From Trichinella spiralis (taxonomy: Eukaryota), in the NCBI RefSeq assembly GCF_000181795.1, contig NW_003526943.1, positions 9,408,849 to 9,472,848 on the forward strand: a stretch of 64,000 bases of DNA. The letters are read 5' to 3'. Shown here piece after piece: positions 25,703 to 42,745 of the stretch; within the stretch, counting starts at the first letter, position 1; each line of letters opens with the position of its first letter. A program made the position numbers and the translations under genes. The notes beneath the pieces are model-generated. The model saw nothing but the letters and a program-made list of their open reading frames with translations. It was not told the origin of the DNA and made no database searches.

Positions 25703-28700
25703 ATGACCAAAGATGTTTTGTATCATTTCGGTTTCAGTACAGACGAGGATGACTTGGTTGCACTGTTCAACAATGTGAAGGTGATTTTATTCAATTTCTT
25801 TTTTTTTCTATATTCAAATAAACAGAGAAAAATGCATATACATAAATGAATTTTTGTTTTCAATATTTCATAATAATAATAATACTGTAGTTTGTTCTTT
25901 GCGGTGATTCCGCTGGAAGAATGTTGAAATTGGCCACCTATTTGTGCAAGCAGTTGAAAAATTCGAATGGTGACGAGCCAACAAATCTCACTCGTACCGA
26001 TCGATACGTTTTGTACAAAGTTTCCAACTGCATTTGCATCAGTGTATGCGCTCACTTTATTCAAATTTTTTTTCTCATTTCTTCATTTATATCGAGCGTT
26101 GTTCAGCTTTTGAATTATTAAATTTTACTAGTAGTTCAGAATTTTTCTACAAAATGATATTCTTTGCTTTTTATAATCATTCAGTCGAAATATGGTCAAA
26201 GTGGAATAGATATGCAAGTTTAATTTATTCTGATTATCAAATTGCACAGCATGGAATTGGCTTCGGTTCAATTAGCATGAATTGAGATTGCAAAGCTTTA
26301 ACGCCACGCGAAAGTTTCTGATCTTCGAGTTGGTACCTCAGGAGGGATAGGTGAGTTCTTTGTGTTGATATTTCATACGTTGATGATTAATTAAAATTGA
26401 ATTTAATACAGGAATATCGGCAGGTACAGTGAATGGTTTGTTAAAGCCAGTTTATGAGTTTGTTAGTTTCTAAATTATTTCTGTATTATTATGAAATTTT
26501 CACCTATTGAAACAATTTATACAAAATATCTATTATATATATGCCGACATTTGCAGAATAGAATAGAATTCTACATGATAATGCGATAGATAATAATTGA
26601 TTTCTTTTTTTCTTTTTCTATTATAATAATAAGTCATGATGATCATTTATCATGTTTGAATTTTTATTCATGTATTCACTTTTAACTGGGTTTGTGCTGG
26701 TCAGCGTTTTGAATTTCCAACAGAATTGGATGACAACTTGGCTAAACAGTTGAATGGAATTTGTTCACAATTAAATTTTCCCTCAGTCATTGGTCGAACA
26801 ATGAGATGCAATGATTTTTACGAAGGTAATTTGTACAAGTTTTTGTTGAATTAAAAAAAATGTATATTTATTTTATTTGCAAATTTTGGAAAATTATTGC
26901 ATAAGTAATAATATTAATAAGGTCGAAATGCTGTTCTTAAAATTAGTTGAATACTTCATTGTTTACTTTTTAAATTCGATTTGCAAAAACAGTATAAATA
27001 ATTTGAAAAATTTGTTCAAATTTAATGTATAAATTCCATAATTAGCATTATTTGCAATCAGTTTAAAAATTTGAAATTCACTTGCGAACAGATGAATAAA
27101 ACAAATGATTCGTTTTTTTTTTCAGATTAAATTTTAATGGAAAGGTTATGTTTATTCAGCCATGTTTGATTGAATTATATGAAGAGATTGTGTGTAAATT
27201 TGTTCATTTTTGTATATCAAAAGTGCAAATGAATACCGAAGTTTCGAGGGGATTGTTGAATGCGCTTGTTCAGATTGTTGTTCAGGATGTCGCATTTAAG
27301 CATTCCAAACCGTTGGAACCCATACAGCATTTTTTTCCTCTTCCGCATTCTGAATCACGTCTACACAAATCTCTTCTGGGTCCTTTTGTATTATAGCGCA
27401 CGTAAGGGCATTTTCCTTCTGTAGAAGATATACTTTATTTTCAATTGCATTTCAACACACATATAACAACTTACCCTTATTATAATTGGACTGGTATTTG
27501 GTTACGGATTGCTTAGTTGTGTAAGCTTGTTTGGTTGTTGTGAGTTTTGGTTGTGGTGTTGTTGCCGGAAACAGAGGCGTAGTGCAGACTTTTTTCAGTC
27601 CAGCGAAGCAGCATTTATCCGCATTGGCACAGTCTTTGTCCTTTCTGCATCGTTTACCGACTGCCTTAAGATTGCGCAAAATACGCGGGCATTCTCCTGG
27701 TTTTTCTTCTTTTTTCACAGCTTCCATTATGGCTAAAGCAATTTTCAACCATTTCACTTCAAATCATTCAAAATGGATTTAACATTGCAAAGCTTCTCAA
27801 GTTTGTTGTTTTTATTATGATTATCTTTTTTTAAGTGAAAAGGAGGGATATTTAAATTTTCATTTACCAGCGGTTGCCAAGATGAGAAGCAGGCAAATGG
27901 ACACTTTCATATTCATATTCAGTTGCGCTTGTAGACACAGCCTTTTGCACACTTGACTACTAAATCAGCGCTAATTCAGCTGTGGATATTTAAAGTGGCA
28001 TTTTCAAATTTGGGTTGCCTGATTCAACGGAACGCCAATCAGTCCGTGTGACATGTTTTCTCAGCAACAGCACTCCGCTCTTGGTGGTAACTTATTTTGG
28101 ACACATCATTGGAAATGGACTGTTCGAATTTTCTTGTGCCAACGCCCCGAGTGACCAGCGACAATTATGCGCATTGCTTGCAAGAAGTCACGCTCTGTTA
28201 GCAAGCAGTCAACGAACGACGAAATCCTCCCAATAAACCAACAAGTGCGTGCAATGAAGGCAATGTTTTCACTCCAACAAGCAGAAAAGCTGCTCCAATC
28301 AATACTGCACTGTAGTTGTGTGCAGTTTTGTTGGCAATATCTACATTCGTTGGCATTCATTCTTGTTCACGTGTCATCCGATTTTATGCATAAGTTTGCA
28401 TGGAAATTGGTTGAAATTGAATACCTACTTGCTTTACTTCAATTCAATTGCATTTATAATTTATGCAAAGTGAAAGATTTTCTTCAATTTTAAATTAATT
28501 TTTGAAAAAAGAAACACAACAGTTGCTACTTTTTAAGGCAAACTGACTTTTGTCATGAATTCAAGCATCTTTATTGTATGCATTGTGAATTTTACAGTAT
28601 CTTTTCTTTTTTGAATTTCAAACGTATGCAAATACTCTTTTAAAAAACTTAATGTTTAAATTAGTAATAATTTTTATTAAACTAAATTACAGTATTATTT

Positions 28701-29367
28701 GGGAACGAAGAATATTTCTTCTCTACTGTTGTAGATGAAACGAGCTGAGAACTTTTTGCAGAACAACAAGGTTTCTGTGTTATGAATTGAACGGATTGTT
28801 CAATTAATTAGACTGATTAGTTTCCAAAACTGGACATTTACTGACCTCAACTGACCAGTGCATCTTGAAAACTAGGTTTCAAATATTTTCAGCATACTTT
28901 TCAAATTTCCATATTTCAACAGCTATTTTTGCTATGATTGAAAAAGCGATTTATTTGTTTATCTTGTGAAATTATTATTATTATTATAGAACAAGATCGA
29001 ATGGACGGTACATTTTGCGCTTTTTCTCTTCAACAGCGTCGGCAATTTTTACAACGCGCCAAAGAGCTAGACGTTTGCAATATCGACATGGAAGCGAGTT
29101 GTTTTACGGCTTTTTGCCAACGGGCAAAATTGACCGGTGAATTTTCAAATTTGAACATTTAATAATGATATTATTATTTATTTAAAGTTAGTTTAATTTT
29201 ACAATTGTTTATTACAAATTACAAACGTGCAATTGTCAACGTTGTTTTGATGGATCGGCTTGCGGCCAGTGACCAACCAGCTGATCGAAACCAAAGAGAT
29301 CTACTTATCTTAGGAAGAGCGACCATTTGCCGTTTTCGATGAATATGTGAAACAATTTTCCAACTGA
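25703..29367 (+). pseudogene. upp: Uridine phosphorylase (UPP1-type) pseudogene with retained exon-intron structure
   Basis: Motifs DVLYHF, TDRYVLYKV, HGIG, RVGTSGGIG, NDFYE, NIDMEAS, MDRL, ERP. Lesions: frameshift near 26280, TAA at 26299-26301, AC instead of AG at acceptors before 26687 and 29227, frameshift near 29310. Confidence 0.85.
27282..27916 (-). CDS. Secreted protein with two WAP-like domains and a Thr-rich linker; nested in an upp intron
   Basis: Exons 27868-27916 (signal peptide), 27475-27732, 27282-27418, phase-1 GT-AG junctions; KPGECP..CRKDKDC..KCC..C and GKCP..CRRDSEC..KCC..C. Confidence 0.9.
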
Positions 29368-29515
29368 TTTCAGTGAATTAAAAAAAAATACTTCTCAGAA
29401 CATTTGCATAAGAATCAAAAATGAATAATGATCAAATTTACATTGCTTGTTGCTTTATTGGAAAAAAATGTCTACAACATTAAAACTGCTTTTAGCAAAT
29501 CCAAAAGTCAAAAGT

Positions 29516-29755
29516 TCACGCACGTCTTTTCTGCGTACTAATATACAAAACGTTGTTTCCGCGAATAAACGCATCGCCGTATTTCTGTTTCAATTGGCCA
29601 TTGGCGTACTCTTCCGTCTGCTCCAGAGCGACGTTCAAGTATCCATCCAAACAAGCCAAAATGCCACGATAATCTAAGCCTGAATTCAACTTGACCATCA
29701 CTGGCTTGCCAATTAATTGCTTCAAAAATTCACTTGGCGTTTGTCGTCCACTCAT
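29516..29755 (-). CDS. LSM6: U6 snRNA-associated Sm-like protein LSm6
   Basis: QTPSEFLKQLIGKPVMVKLNSGLDYRGILACLDGYLNVALEQTEEY...YGDAFIRGNNVLYISTQKRR, almost identical to recalled metazoan LSm6. Confidence 0.97.
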   Translation of the reverse strand: MSGRQTPSEFLKQLIGKPVMVKLNSGLDYRGILACLDGYLNVALEQTEEYANGQLKQKYGDAFIRGNNVLYISTQKRRA

Positions 29756-30499
29756 TTGATATTTATTACAAATCTAAATAAAATAAACTGCCACCATCAT
29801 CAATTCATAATACACACTTTGCTGTTCACTTTGGAAACTGCAATTCAATCCAATTGCAGCAAGTGAAAAATGCATTCATGATTTAGCTATTATATTTAAA
29901 AAATAAAACATACATTAAAAGCTGTCGTTTAAAAAGAAAAAACAAAATTTTATGGTAAATACTGAAATGTCAACCGAATACTGAATCGTCATTAAACAAA
30001 TGTTATTTAAAAAATTAAATAATAAATTAATTTTTATCAATGATAAAAATCGATCCACTTTATATAGAATTAATTAATAATAATAAAAGTACAACAATAA
30101 ATATTACACCATTACAAATTTAAAAGATTTTCAAGTACAAATAGCTGCATCTGCCATGGTTATTACAAATTACTTACGTTCAAGTTTCTACTCAGCTTTA
30201 TATATTACAAATTATTATTAGGCATTAATAATTCGTTTTCAGTAATATAAATAAAATTAATGTTTGGTTGTTAATGTCAAATTTACTTTAATTCTAATTA
30301 TTTAATTATTGCTGCATCAGTGGAAGTTACAGTAATAAAACAGACTTACATTATGCCGAGGTATTGTAAGATGACATCACTACAATGCAAAATTTTTATT
30401 CAGCGCTGTAATTTTGAGTTATTTGGCAATTTATGCTTAATATTTTGCATTATTTATGTTGCTAACGCAACTTAATTTGATACTCAAGCAGTGGACTAT

Positions 30500-31030
30500 A
30501 TTTGTTTGTTTCGAGGTTGATTCGGATCGATCGAATGCCAATCCTCAAGAACAGTTCTTATATTGAAAAAAACACAACTCTTTGCAGCGCTTCTTGTCGC
30601 TCAGTCACCACTTTCCCTCCCGCACATACTTCTCTCATGCTACCAGAACTTCCTTCCACATCAACTGGAGACGATTTGGCTGGCTTGTATAGGACTGAAA
30701 GCGTCAGGCGCGGGGTTCTTATCAACCATAAACCCGAGTCCACTGTTTTTTTGACAGTCGTCTGGCATAAGTGTGTTCCAACAACATGGTCGCAAACCTG
30801 TGGTCTACGCGACGCCTGCTTCTTCACAACTGCCGCTCTGGATCGACGGAAACAAGAGTCTTGTGGCTTTTGCTGCCTTGTTGTTGTACTTTCAGCACGC
30901 AGCTTGGCCGTGCCGTATTGCGCAAGCCACCAGATGGACCATAAAAGATTACCTCTGTTGGCATCGTTGACCCAAATCTAGGCGTTGCACAACTTCGCAC
31001 AGACCTCGGGATGTTAGCCGCAGTTCTCTC
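30500..31030 (-). mobile_element. GC-richer decayed repeat, possibly the 3' part of an RTE-type non-LTR element
   Basis: Compositional shift; minus frame ANIP...MPTEVIFYG..GLRNTARP weakly resembles RTE C-terminal LPK.LLYG..G.R..GRP. Confidence 0.3.
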
Positions 31031-31134
31031 TTTTTAAAAATGTAAAACATAGTTGGCATTGCTTGTTTTCCTATTGTTTTTATTTCATCATTTTAAGCGA
31101 TGTTCAATAAATGTCCCAACTGATGCATATTTAA

Positions 31135-31931
31135 TGACCCGCCGGGTGGGGCCAGAGGATCTGCCTCCGGGTCCTCGCCAGTTCGTCCGTCGTCGCTGTG
31201 TGCTTGTTCGCGGTCGTTGGGTTCGGCATCTTTCGTGGGGACAGTCGCGTCGGAGGTGGTCCAAGCCACCGCAATTGAAGCAACCGTCTCTTCTTCCGAC
31301 GGGTCGCACAGCAGTCAGAGCCTGTCTTTCCAGCTTCAGGGAAAGTTTGCCCACCTCGCGTATCAAGGCTTCGATGGACTGGGCCAATTCGGTTTTCTCC
31401 TGCTTTGGGTTACTGGTGTGTGACTGGCGACTCTGGTGGAAGTCTTCTTCCGCCCGCATAACTTTACTGACCAGCTTCCGAGCTTCGGCAAAGGTTGGTG
31501 GTTCCTGCAGCCACATCGCCATATACGCCTGCTTCGAGGTTATTCCCCCGGCGAAACGTGCCACGAGGTCACGTTCTGACACGCCGGCTCTGCGTCCAAC
31601 CTCTGCTACCTCCTGGGCATATTGCTCGATGGTTTGACCCTCGCGTTGATGCAGGGCGTGGAACCGCTCGATCAGCTGCCCTGTCGACTCTTCCGGGCCA
31701 TACGTGCCCAGCAATCGCTTCTTGAACTCCTCGAAGGAGATCTCCTTTGCTTGTCCCGCCGGGTAGAGCTCGCGGCGGACTGAGTCGCTCAGCAGGTAGC
31801 GAGCGACCACGCCGTGGTCATAGGGCGGAACCCTGCTGACGCAGAAAAAAGTCTTCCAAGCCTCTCCAGCCACTCAAACAGAGTCCCATATCCGGACTAA
31901 AAGCCCGGGGGGCGGACTAATAGTAAGCATC
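31135..31931 (-). mobile_element. LTR retrotransposon (Ty3/gypsy-like) gag fragment
   Basis: High GC; FHALHQREGQTIEQYA capsid motif; CCHC knuckle CFNCGGLDHLRRDC; frameshifted 5' end; abuts a scaffold gap. Confidence 0.9.
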
Positions 31932-32394
31932 NNNNNNNNNNGGAAAGTGCTGCAACTTCACCACCCGCAAAGAAAAGCAAGATGCAAGTGAAATTTGAAA
32001 ATACTGTTGTTGGTCAGCAGTATTCTGGCAATGATTCTGAAAAATAATTTTGTTGATTATGTTTCATTTATTTATTTATTTATCATGTATATATGTATAT
32101 AAATATAATTTATTCATTTGATATAATTTACATATGTATCAAAAACGTTTTGTAAATAATCGATGATGAAAATAAAATTTATAATTTTTCTGTTTGAATA
32201 GTTGGAAGAAAAACTTTAAAAACTGCAATCAATGTTGACTAATTTGAAGATATTTCTAAATGAATATTTATTTATTTATAATTTTACAATAATACACTTA
32301 AGTGTGCTCACGCTCAAATACATTTGTCAATTGGAAATAATTCACCGTGCAATGATCAAATTAATAAAAGAATATCAAGCGGGTTGTAAAATTT

Positions 32395-32467
32395 TGCCAC
32401 GAGCCGGGATCGAACCAGCGACCTTTAGATCTTCAGTCTAACGCTCTCCCTGCTGAGCTATCGCGGC
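32395..32467 (-). tRNA. tRNA-Phe(GAA)
   Basis: 73 nt GCCGCGATAGCTCAG...TTAGA-CTGAAGA-TCTAA...GGTTCGATCCCGGCTCGTGGCA with a complete cloverleaf. Confidence 0.97.
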
Positions 32468-34220
32468 GAACGTTTTTTCTCAAATTTTGCTATAAGTGCA
32501 AAGCACAAGCTGCATTAATAATATTATTTACTTAAATTGTGTAAATTTTTTGTTCAATTTAAAAATTTGTCTGTAAAAACATACTTATCAACAGTTGAAG
32601 GGGAAATATAAAATTTCATTTAATACAGCATGTTTCAAATTTGAAATTTCTATTTCTCGATTTTGTTATGCATTCAACAATAAACAAGTAACACGCTTTT
32701 ACGCTTTTGCAAGACAAAAAAAAAAGAAGCTGAAAAAAAACGATCAATGCCAATTAATTTTTTGAATATTCTCTTTGCTTGGACAACAAGTTTTTTGCCG
32801 TGTGAATTATAAAAAAAAGGACAAGGTTTTAATTCGATGAAAGAAAAAATTACAGAAGAATTGTAATTGATAATAGAAAATTATGCATCAATTTCGAGCG
32901 ACATGAAACGATAAAACATTTAATGAACAGGTTTAGCGACGATGTCGTTTGATTTTTAACAACTGAAATTTGCCTACATTGGTGAAATTGTGAAAACGAT
33001 AATTTCTATATCCAGACTGTCGTTGTCCCACTGGCCAACTTCAAAATTCAACTATACAACTTCTATCAAGGCACTTTTGCAAGAGTAGAAGAAGGGGAAG
33101 AAGCAGAAGCGGAACTAATATTGGAACAAAGCAGCAAACAACGCCCCAATCTACTGATAATTATCAATACAAATAGCACCGCCCACGCTTGATTATTTAA
33201 TCAACACCAATATCAAACACACCTCTATTACAAATGACAACATTCTCACGAAATACGGTACGAATATTTTCAATTTGTTCAGCTTCATATATTCTCTTTT
33301 TTTATAATTTCATTTTATAAATGATCAAAAATAAATATTTTTTTTTATTCAATTAAATGAAAACTTTATTACGTCATTTCATCTCTTCTCATTATTCACC
33401 ATATATATATATATATAGATACATAGATTCCTTTGTTTTCTATTTTAATCTTTAAACAGGTCTTCCATCTCTTTTTCGTAAATGAATTGAAATTTCAAAA
33501 AAATTTACAAGAAAAATTTTGTAATATTAATAATAATTATTATTATTATGAAACATACACGCATTTATTGACTGACATTTTTAAACTTATAAATATGCAC
33601 GCCTTTTTTTAATATTAAACACTTGTGTTAAATTGTTGTTTTCAACTGCATTTTCTATTTCTTAGCTGTTTGCATGATTTCTTTTTCTAATACACAACAT
33701 TGAATGTGTATTTCAATTAATTAAAATGAATCACACACTAGTTTTTTTTGTGTCAACTGAACATTTTACGTCAAATTACATGCGTGAAATATTTGTTTTT
33801 TTTCTACATTTTTGTTATTTCTCTCCTCTTCGCATTGAACATGTTGAATGTAAGAGTAAAATTCTTTATAATTTCAACAATCTGAATTGTCATTTTTTAT
33901 TTTAATTCTGTTTTTAATTTTTTTAAATATGTATTATACTGTGATTCATAACAGTGTTAGTTTTTTTAATGAAAAACTGTAAACTGATACAACTTGTTAA
34001 TATTTACTTTCATTATTGTATTCACAACTTGAAGCAAAATTAATATTATTTGTTATCTAGCAATTTTTATATTAGTTGTGTTTAATTAAACTTGATTGTC
34101 AATTTTGTATGAACCGTAGACGTCAGTCAGCGCTGGCAAACATCACTGGTGTTGCGTTCAGCGTTAGTTGTGACTTGCGATTTCATTGCATTCATGTTGC
34201 TTAAGCTCGACAATTTGAAA

Positions 34221-37980
<3,760 letters not shown>

Positions 37981-39115
37981 TTCTCTTCACTGCACTAATC
38001 CTGGTAGGTTTTTCATCTTCTTTTTCAGAGTTTAAAACTTTTAGCCTGAATTCTATAAACCGTTCTGTAAATTTTCTTACTGTTCTAATTAATAAATGTA
38101 AGTGATCTCTGAAATTCCTCGACTCACTGTCATGAGAGATATCCAATTGGCATTTACAATTAATTCTTTGATGTGCCATCTGTTTGCTCGGTTTCACTTT
38201 CATTTCTGACGTTAAATTCATTTTTTGCTCGTTCACTCTTGTAAATTTGCACGAAAATGTATATACCTGTTTTTATCTGTTTTTTATTATTTTTTTATTT
38301 GAACACTTTCGTTTTTCTATCAGTTTTACTTTTCTGTGAGGCAAACTTGCATCGCCATTGAAGAAAATTGTAATAAAGTAGAAAACATTGCCATGGCCGA
38401 CATTGGCAAGCAAATAAGCACGCATACATAATGCATACAAACACCCACACACACACACACACAAGTTGCTTTCAGTTGTACTGATAATTTTTGTCTGTAT
38501 GTTTGTTTGATGACTACGTTTCATGCAAACTTATTTTCTGTCGATGAATTTTAGGAACGAATGATACAGTTGCACCGACAAAGTATTCGCACCGTTGTGA
38601 TTTAAATTTAAAAAAAAACAATTTTCTTACAACTCAATCGTCTGCACTTCACAATGAGTTATCGATCTGTTTTGTATAGCAGGTTTGTCAACATGCATGG
38701 CTAACCAACCGATTTAACAAAAAATTCTTAAACTGAATTTTCATTATCTGTGTGCCTTTGTGCAATTATGCATCATCGTAATAATTTAGAAATTAAGATT
38801 TTTGATTATATTATCCGAAAGTGCATTCATTCATTCATTCATTGGAATGAAAAGAGAAAGACTGCGGTGAAATTGGAATTTAATTTTTCAAATTTTATCC
38901 ACACACATTTTATACTTGTTAACGTGATATATTACTGTTGATCTATATATCTATATATATATATATATGTTCAGAAGTAAACCAGTACGGTAATTTAATT
39001 GTCACGTTTTATCGTTTTTTCTTTTTCCAACTGTGCATATTTTATTTACTGCTGTATTAAGAATAGTTTTTTTTTGTTTTATCTATTTTGAGAATAATAA
39101 TTTTTCAATGAAAAG

Positions 39116-42100
39116 TTAAATAAATTTCCATTTGTGTGTAACTGGTGGAAAAGCGAACAAATCCGGGTGGCCGAAATGCGAAATTTTGTTCTGCCATTCG
39201 GTTTTTGACCACTGGAATGGTGGTTGCGTATCGTATGTGGGACCACTGATGGCGACAAATTGTAGCCGGAGAGCCATTTCGACGTTGGTTGCCTGTTGAA
39301 AAAAAGGGGCAAAAAATACTGCTCTTGTTTTATTTGGGGGAATTTCAAATTTCACTTACTTTCACATCCGTGCCTCCGTGACTTCGAAAACCAAGCGCTT
39401 TGAATGGGTAGATTCCATTTTTATCGTTCAGATCGTTGCGTGCAGAAATGGCATTTTCCGCACTGTACGGAGGTGTGCAGTTGCAAGCCGACAGCGGATC
39501 TTTTTTGAAATCGTTGTAACTGAACAAATGGGAAAACGGCGAAGCGTGCTAAAATTTTGGAAAAGCATCTCAAACGGTCTTTTACCGCATTAGTCGAAGC
39601 AGAGATTCCAAATCTACAACGTTGTGCCAGTCTCTTTTGAAAATCAACGCTCTTGGGTGCTTATCATAAGTAAACCAATCTCCGTACAGTTTTACCTCAT
39701 CTGCGGTACCGGTGATGTTGAAAATGGTCGGGAAATAGCTAAACTTTGTAATGCGGTAACAATTGGGGTAAAGTAATGTTGTGATAATGGTAAAGAATTA
39801 ACCAAAAATATTCAATTTTAAAAATTAAATGCTAATATTACAACCACTCTGAGTGACAACACTGACAAGTCTTACGGTATGTTGTAACTGGGCCAGTATC
39901 CTTGCGTATAAAGCACACTTGTCATATCTTTAGCTTCAAAATATCCACTGAAAACAAAGTATGAAAAAATGCGTTTCAGTTTATAATAATTTTTTTTGTA
40001 AAATGTTAAATAAATTATTCATCAGACACTATGCAAAAATGATTAACTGGCAATGGAAAAATCTTTTTTAAAGAACAATTTGTAAATTACGTTGAAATTA
40101 TACTTATCATTAACTAGTAAATATAAAAAATAAATGAATTTTTCATATTGAAAATTGAATTCAAACAACAAAATGTATTATATATTAAAATATTCAGTCG
40201 AAACAAATGCAAGTTAATGAATTTATAATATATTAATTTTTGTACATACGGCATTTCTTCCATTACGTATAAAACATCCGTATACGAAAAGGTTTTCATA
40301 TCGGAAGGAATATTATTGTAATCGACGATCATCCATTGATTAGTGTATCTGTAAAATACTTTTTTAATTTATTCAAAAGTATTAAAATTTTTGAGAATAA
40401 TTACGTTCCAGAGTGAAGTTTGGAATATATCATTGTCCAGTGTTTGGCTGAATGAGCTAATCGATTGGCGACCATCACTCGAATCCAGCTAAGCACCGTC
40501 GACTTGGAGTCGATGTAATCATACGAACTTTTATTTCCATTTGAGAATGTGGTCTCTGTTACTGCCTGTAAAAAGATATTATTTTATTTTTTAGCATTGT
40601 GTATTTAAATTCAAATTTTGAGTTTTTTGAATATTTTTTTACAATTCCAGCAGTTGTGATGTAAAAATCATCTATTGACAACAATACACCGGGATAAGAG
40701 GACATGGATATGCCATAGCCTGGCACAAGCGAATAGCCTAGGAATTAATGATAAATAATTGAATAAAAGACAAAATTACATACATGTATAAATTACCTCG
40801 ATTTAAATGATACGTGAATTTGTAAAGCTTCTGTATGCGTAGCATTGTTTGATAGCCGGTCCATGTGACGTGTGAGAAAAACAACTCTTGCTTTTCTGGA
40901 ATCGGCACAATCAAAGCACTGCAACCGAATCGAAGCTTCGGCAAGTGTTCAGGGCGTTTCAGCTTTGCTTCGAGATCTGCCAAATCGCCGAACAATTGAA
41001 ACAGCCTTCAGAATATATTTTCAACTTTAAATAGATTGTTTATAAATTAATTTGATACAAAAGTGAATGTACAGAAATCCAAAAGGACGAATATCTACAT
41101 GAGGAGCGGTGATCGTTCCATAATATCCATCTTCTAAGCCAGCGAGTTGAATAAGCATCAGATTTACCTAAAAATTTGTATCTAAAGCAGGTGATAATTT
41201 CGGTTCATAGGAATTATGATAAACAAAGATGCCAAATTTTCAGCAAAAGATTACTTAAAAAAATGCTTATATATATGAAAATAATACCAGTATTTACATT
41301 ATTTCAAAATAAAAGGAAAGTAGAAACAGATCTATTTATATATTAAAATAAACAGTTTAAGTTGCATGACTTCAAAACATTAGAAATCAAAGCACGAGAA
41401 TATTGAAATGTGTTTACTTTACCTGCACCCAAAATGGATCTCCAGGATAAAGAGCAATTTGTCTGCGCATGAATTTCAAATTTTCATCCAAATATGCATA
41501 GAGCGCATCGCAGTACGGTCCCGCAGTGTAACAGTAGCCTGCGATGGTATTTTTCCAGTGTTTCAGAATGAGCGACTGAGTTAGCTTCCCTTCTAAAACT
41601 CCAGCTGCATATGCTTGTTGTTCATTGGATGCGTATTTCCTAGTTTCGATTTCCAAAAATGACCATCTAAAAATATTAATCCAATATTTTGCATTTATTT
41701 ATTTGCCAATATTCTGACAGTTTGAAAATTCAATTTAAGAATTCAGAGGATTTTCAAATGCCCAGTGCTTTTATCCAGGAAGGTAATCAGTTGTAAAATT
41801 AAATACACTAACTTTGAAATATCAAAGCTTTTGTCAGTGGATTTTTAATACGTATTTAATCAATTTTGCTGATTATCAGTTGTGTTTTTAAGAATGATTG
41901 TGAAAAAATAAATAAAAATATTGTTGTATGCTTGAATAGCACACATACATCAAAGCAATTTGCAAAAAATAGTTTTGATTTAAAGCTTATGTGTTATGCT
42001 TTTAATTTCACAAAAAAATCAGCGTTAAAACAGCCACTCACAGATAAATAATATGTAGCTGCTGTTTGCTGAAAAAATATAATAATGAATTTCCTCATAA

Positions 42101-42745
42101 ATTTAACAAAGATTTTATCTTCTTAACTATGTATAATGGTTGCTACTACGATCCGTTGTTTGTGATTGCTAGAAAAATTGAAAGCAGGAAGAGTATTTTG
42201 AAATTTACAGACTGAAGTTGTATAATAAATAAATTTATCCAAAAATTAAATTTAAAGAAGCATCACGTTCAACTGCAAACAACGATAAGTTTTTCTTACT
42301 TAACAAATGCTGATTTTGAACGATGAATAATATCATTAGAATATTTTATTTTTCAATTATCACGAATTCCCCTAAGGATATCAGTGGTAAATGAAGTAAA
42401 CGAGATTTGAAGATAAATATTTTTTGTCGTGTTGTCAAGAATATGGACGTTAGTAGTGAAAAAAATGTTTTATAGAAGAACAGTAATAAACTCTTATTTA
42501 GGTGTATGTATGTTTTAATAATTTGAAATAGATGCTTACCCAACAGAATAAGTTGCTTCTTCAAAGCGAGCTCGAGCAACTTCATTTGAAAGAACCGTCT
42601 CAGGACATTTCGTATCAGTCAAGTAGAGATAATTCAAATCTGAACGCCAGCAAGCTCTCAATTCTTTCACCCTTTCGCAGTCCACTTTAGCATTGAGAGC
42701 TATGTGGAAAAAAATCAACACCAAGCCAACCCACGTTGCCACCAT
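39116..42745 (-). CDS. PLBD2: Phospholipase B-like 2 (LAMA-like Ntn hydrolase); multi-exon
   Basis: Signal peptide, GWSFLEIET spanning intron 1, QAYAAGVLEG, catalytic CSALI, NQWMIVDY, YNDFKKDPLS, SAENAISARNDLN, HGGTDVK, AISGPT, HFGHPD. Confidence 0.95.

Noticed and set aside
28015..28493. Overlapping ORFs upstream of the WAP-like gene
   Set aside because: No domain or splice support; more likely promoter or UTR sequence.
31053..31725. Plus-strand ORFs up to 194 aa
   Set aside because: Antisense shadows of the GC-rich gag fragment.
32232..32441. 69-aa ORF
   Set aside because: Overlaps the antisense of tRNA-Phe; AT-rich noise.
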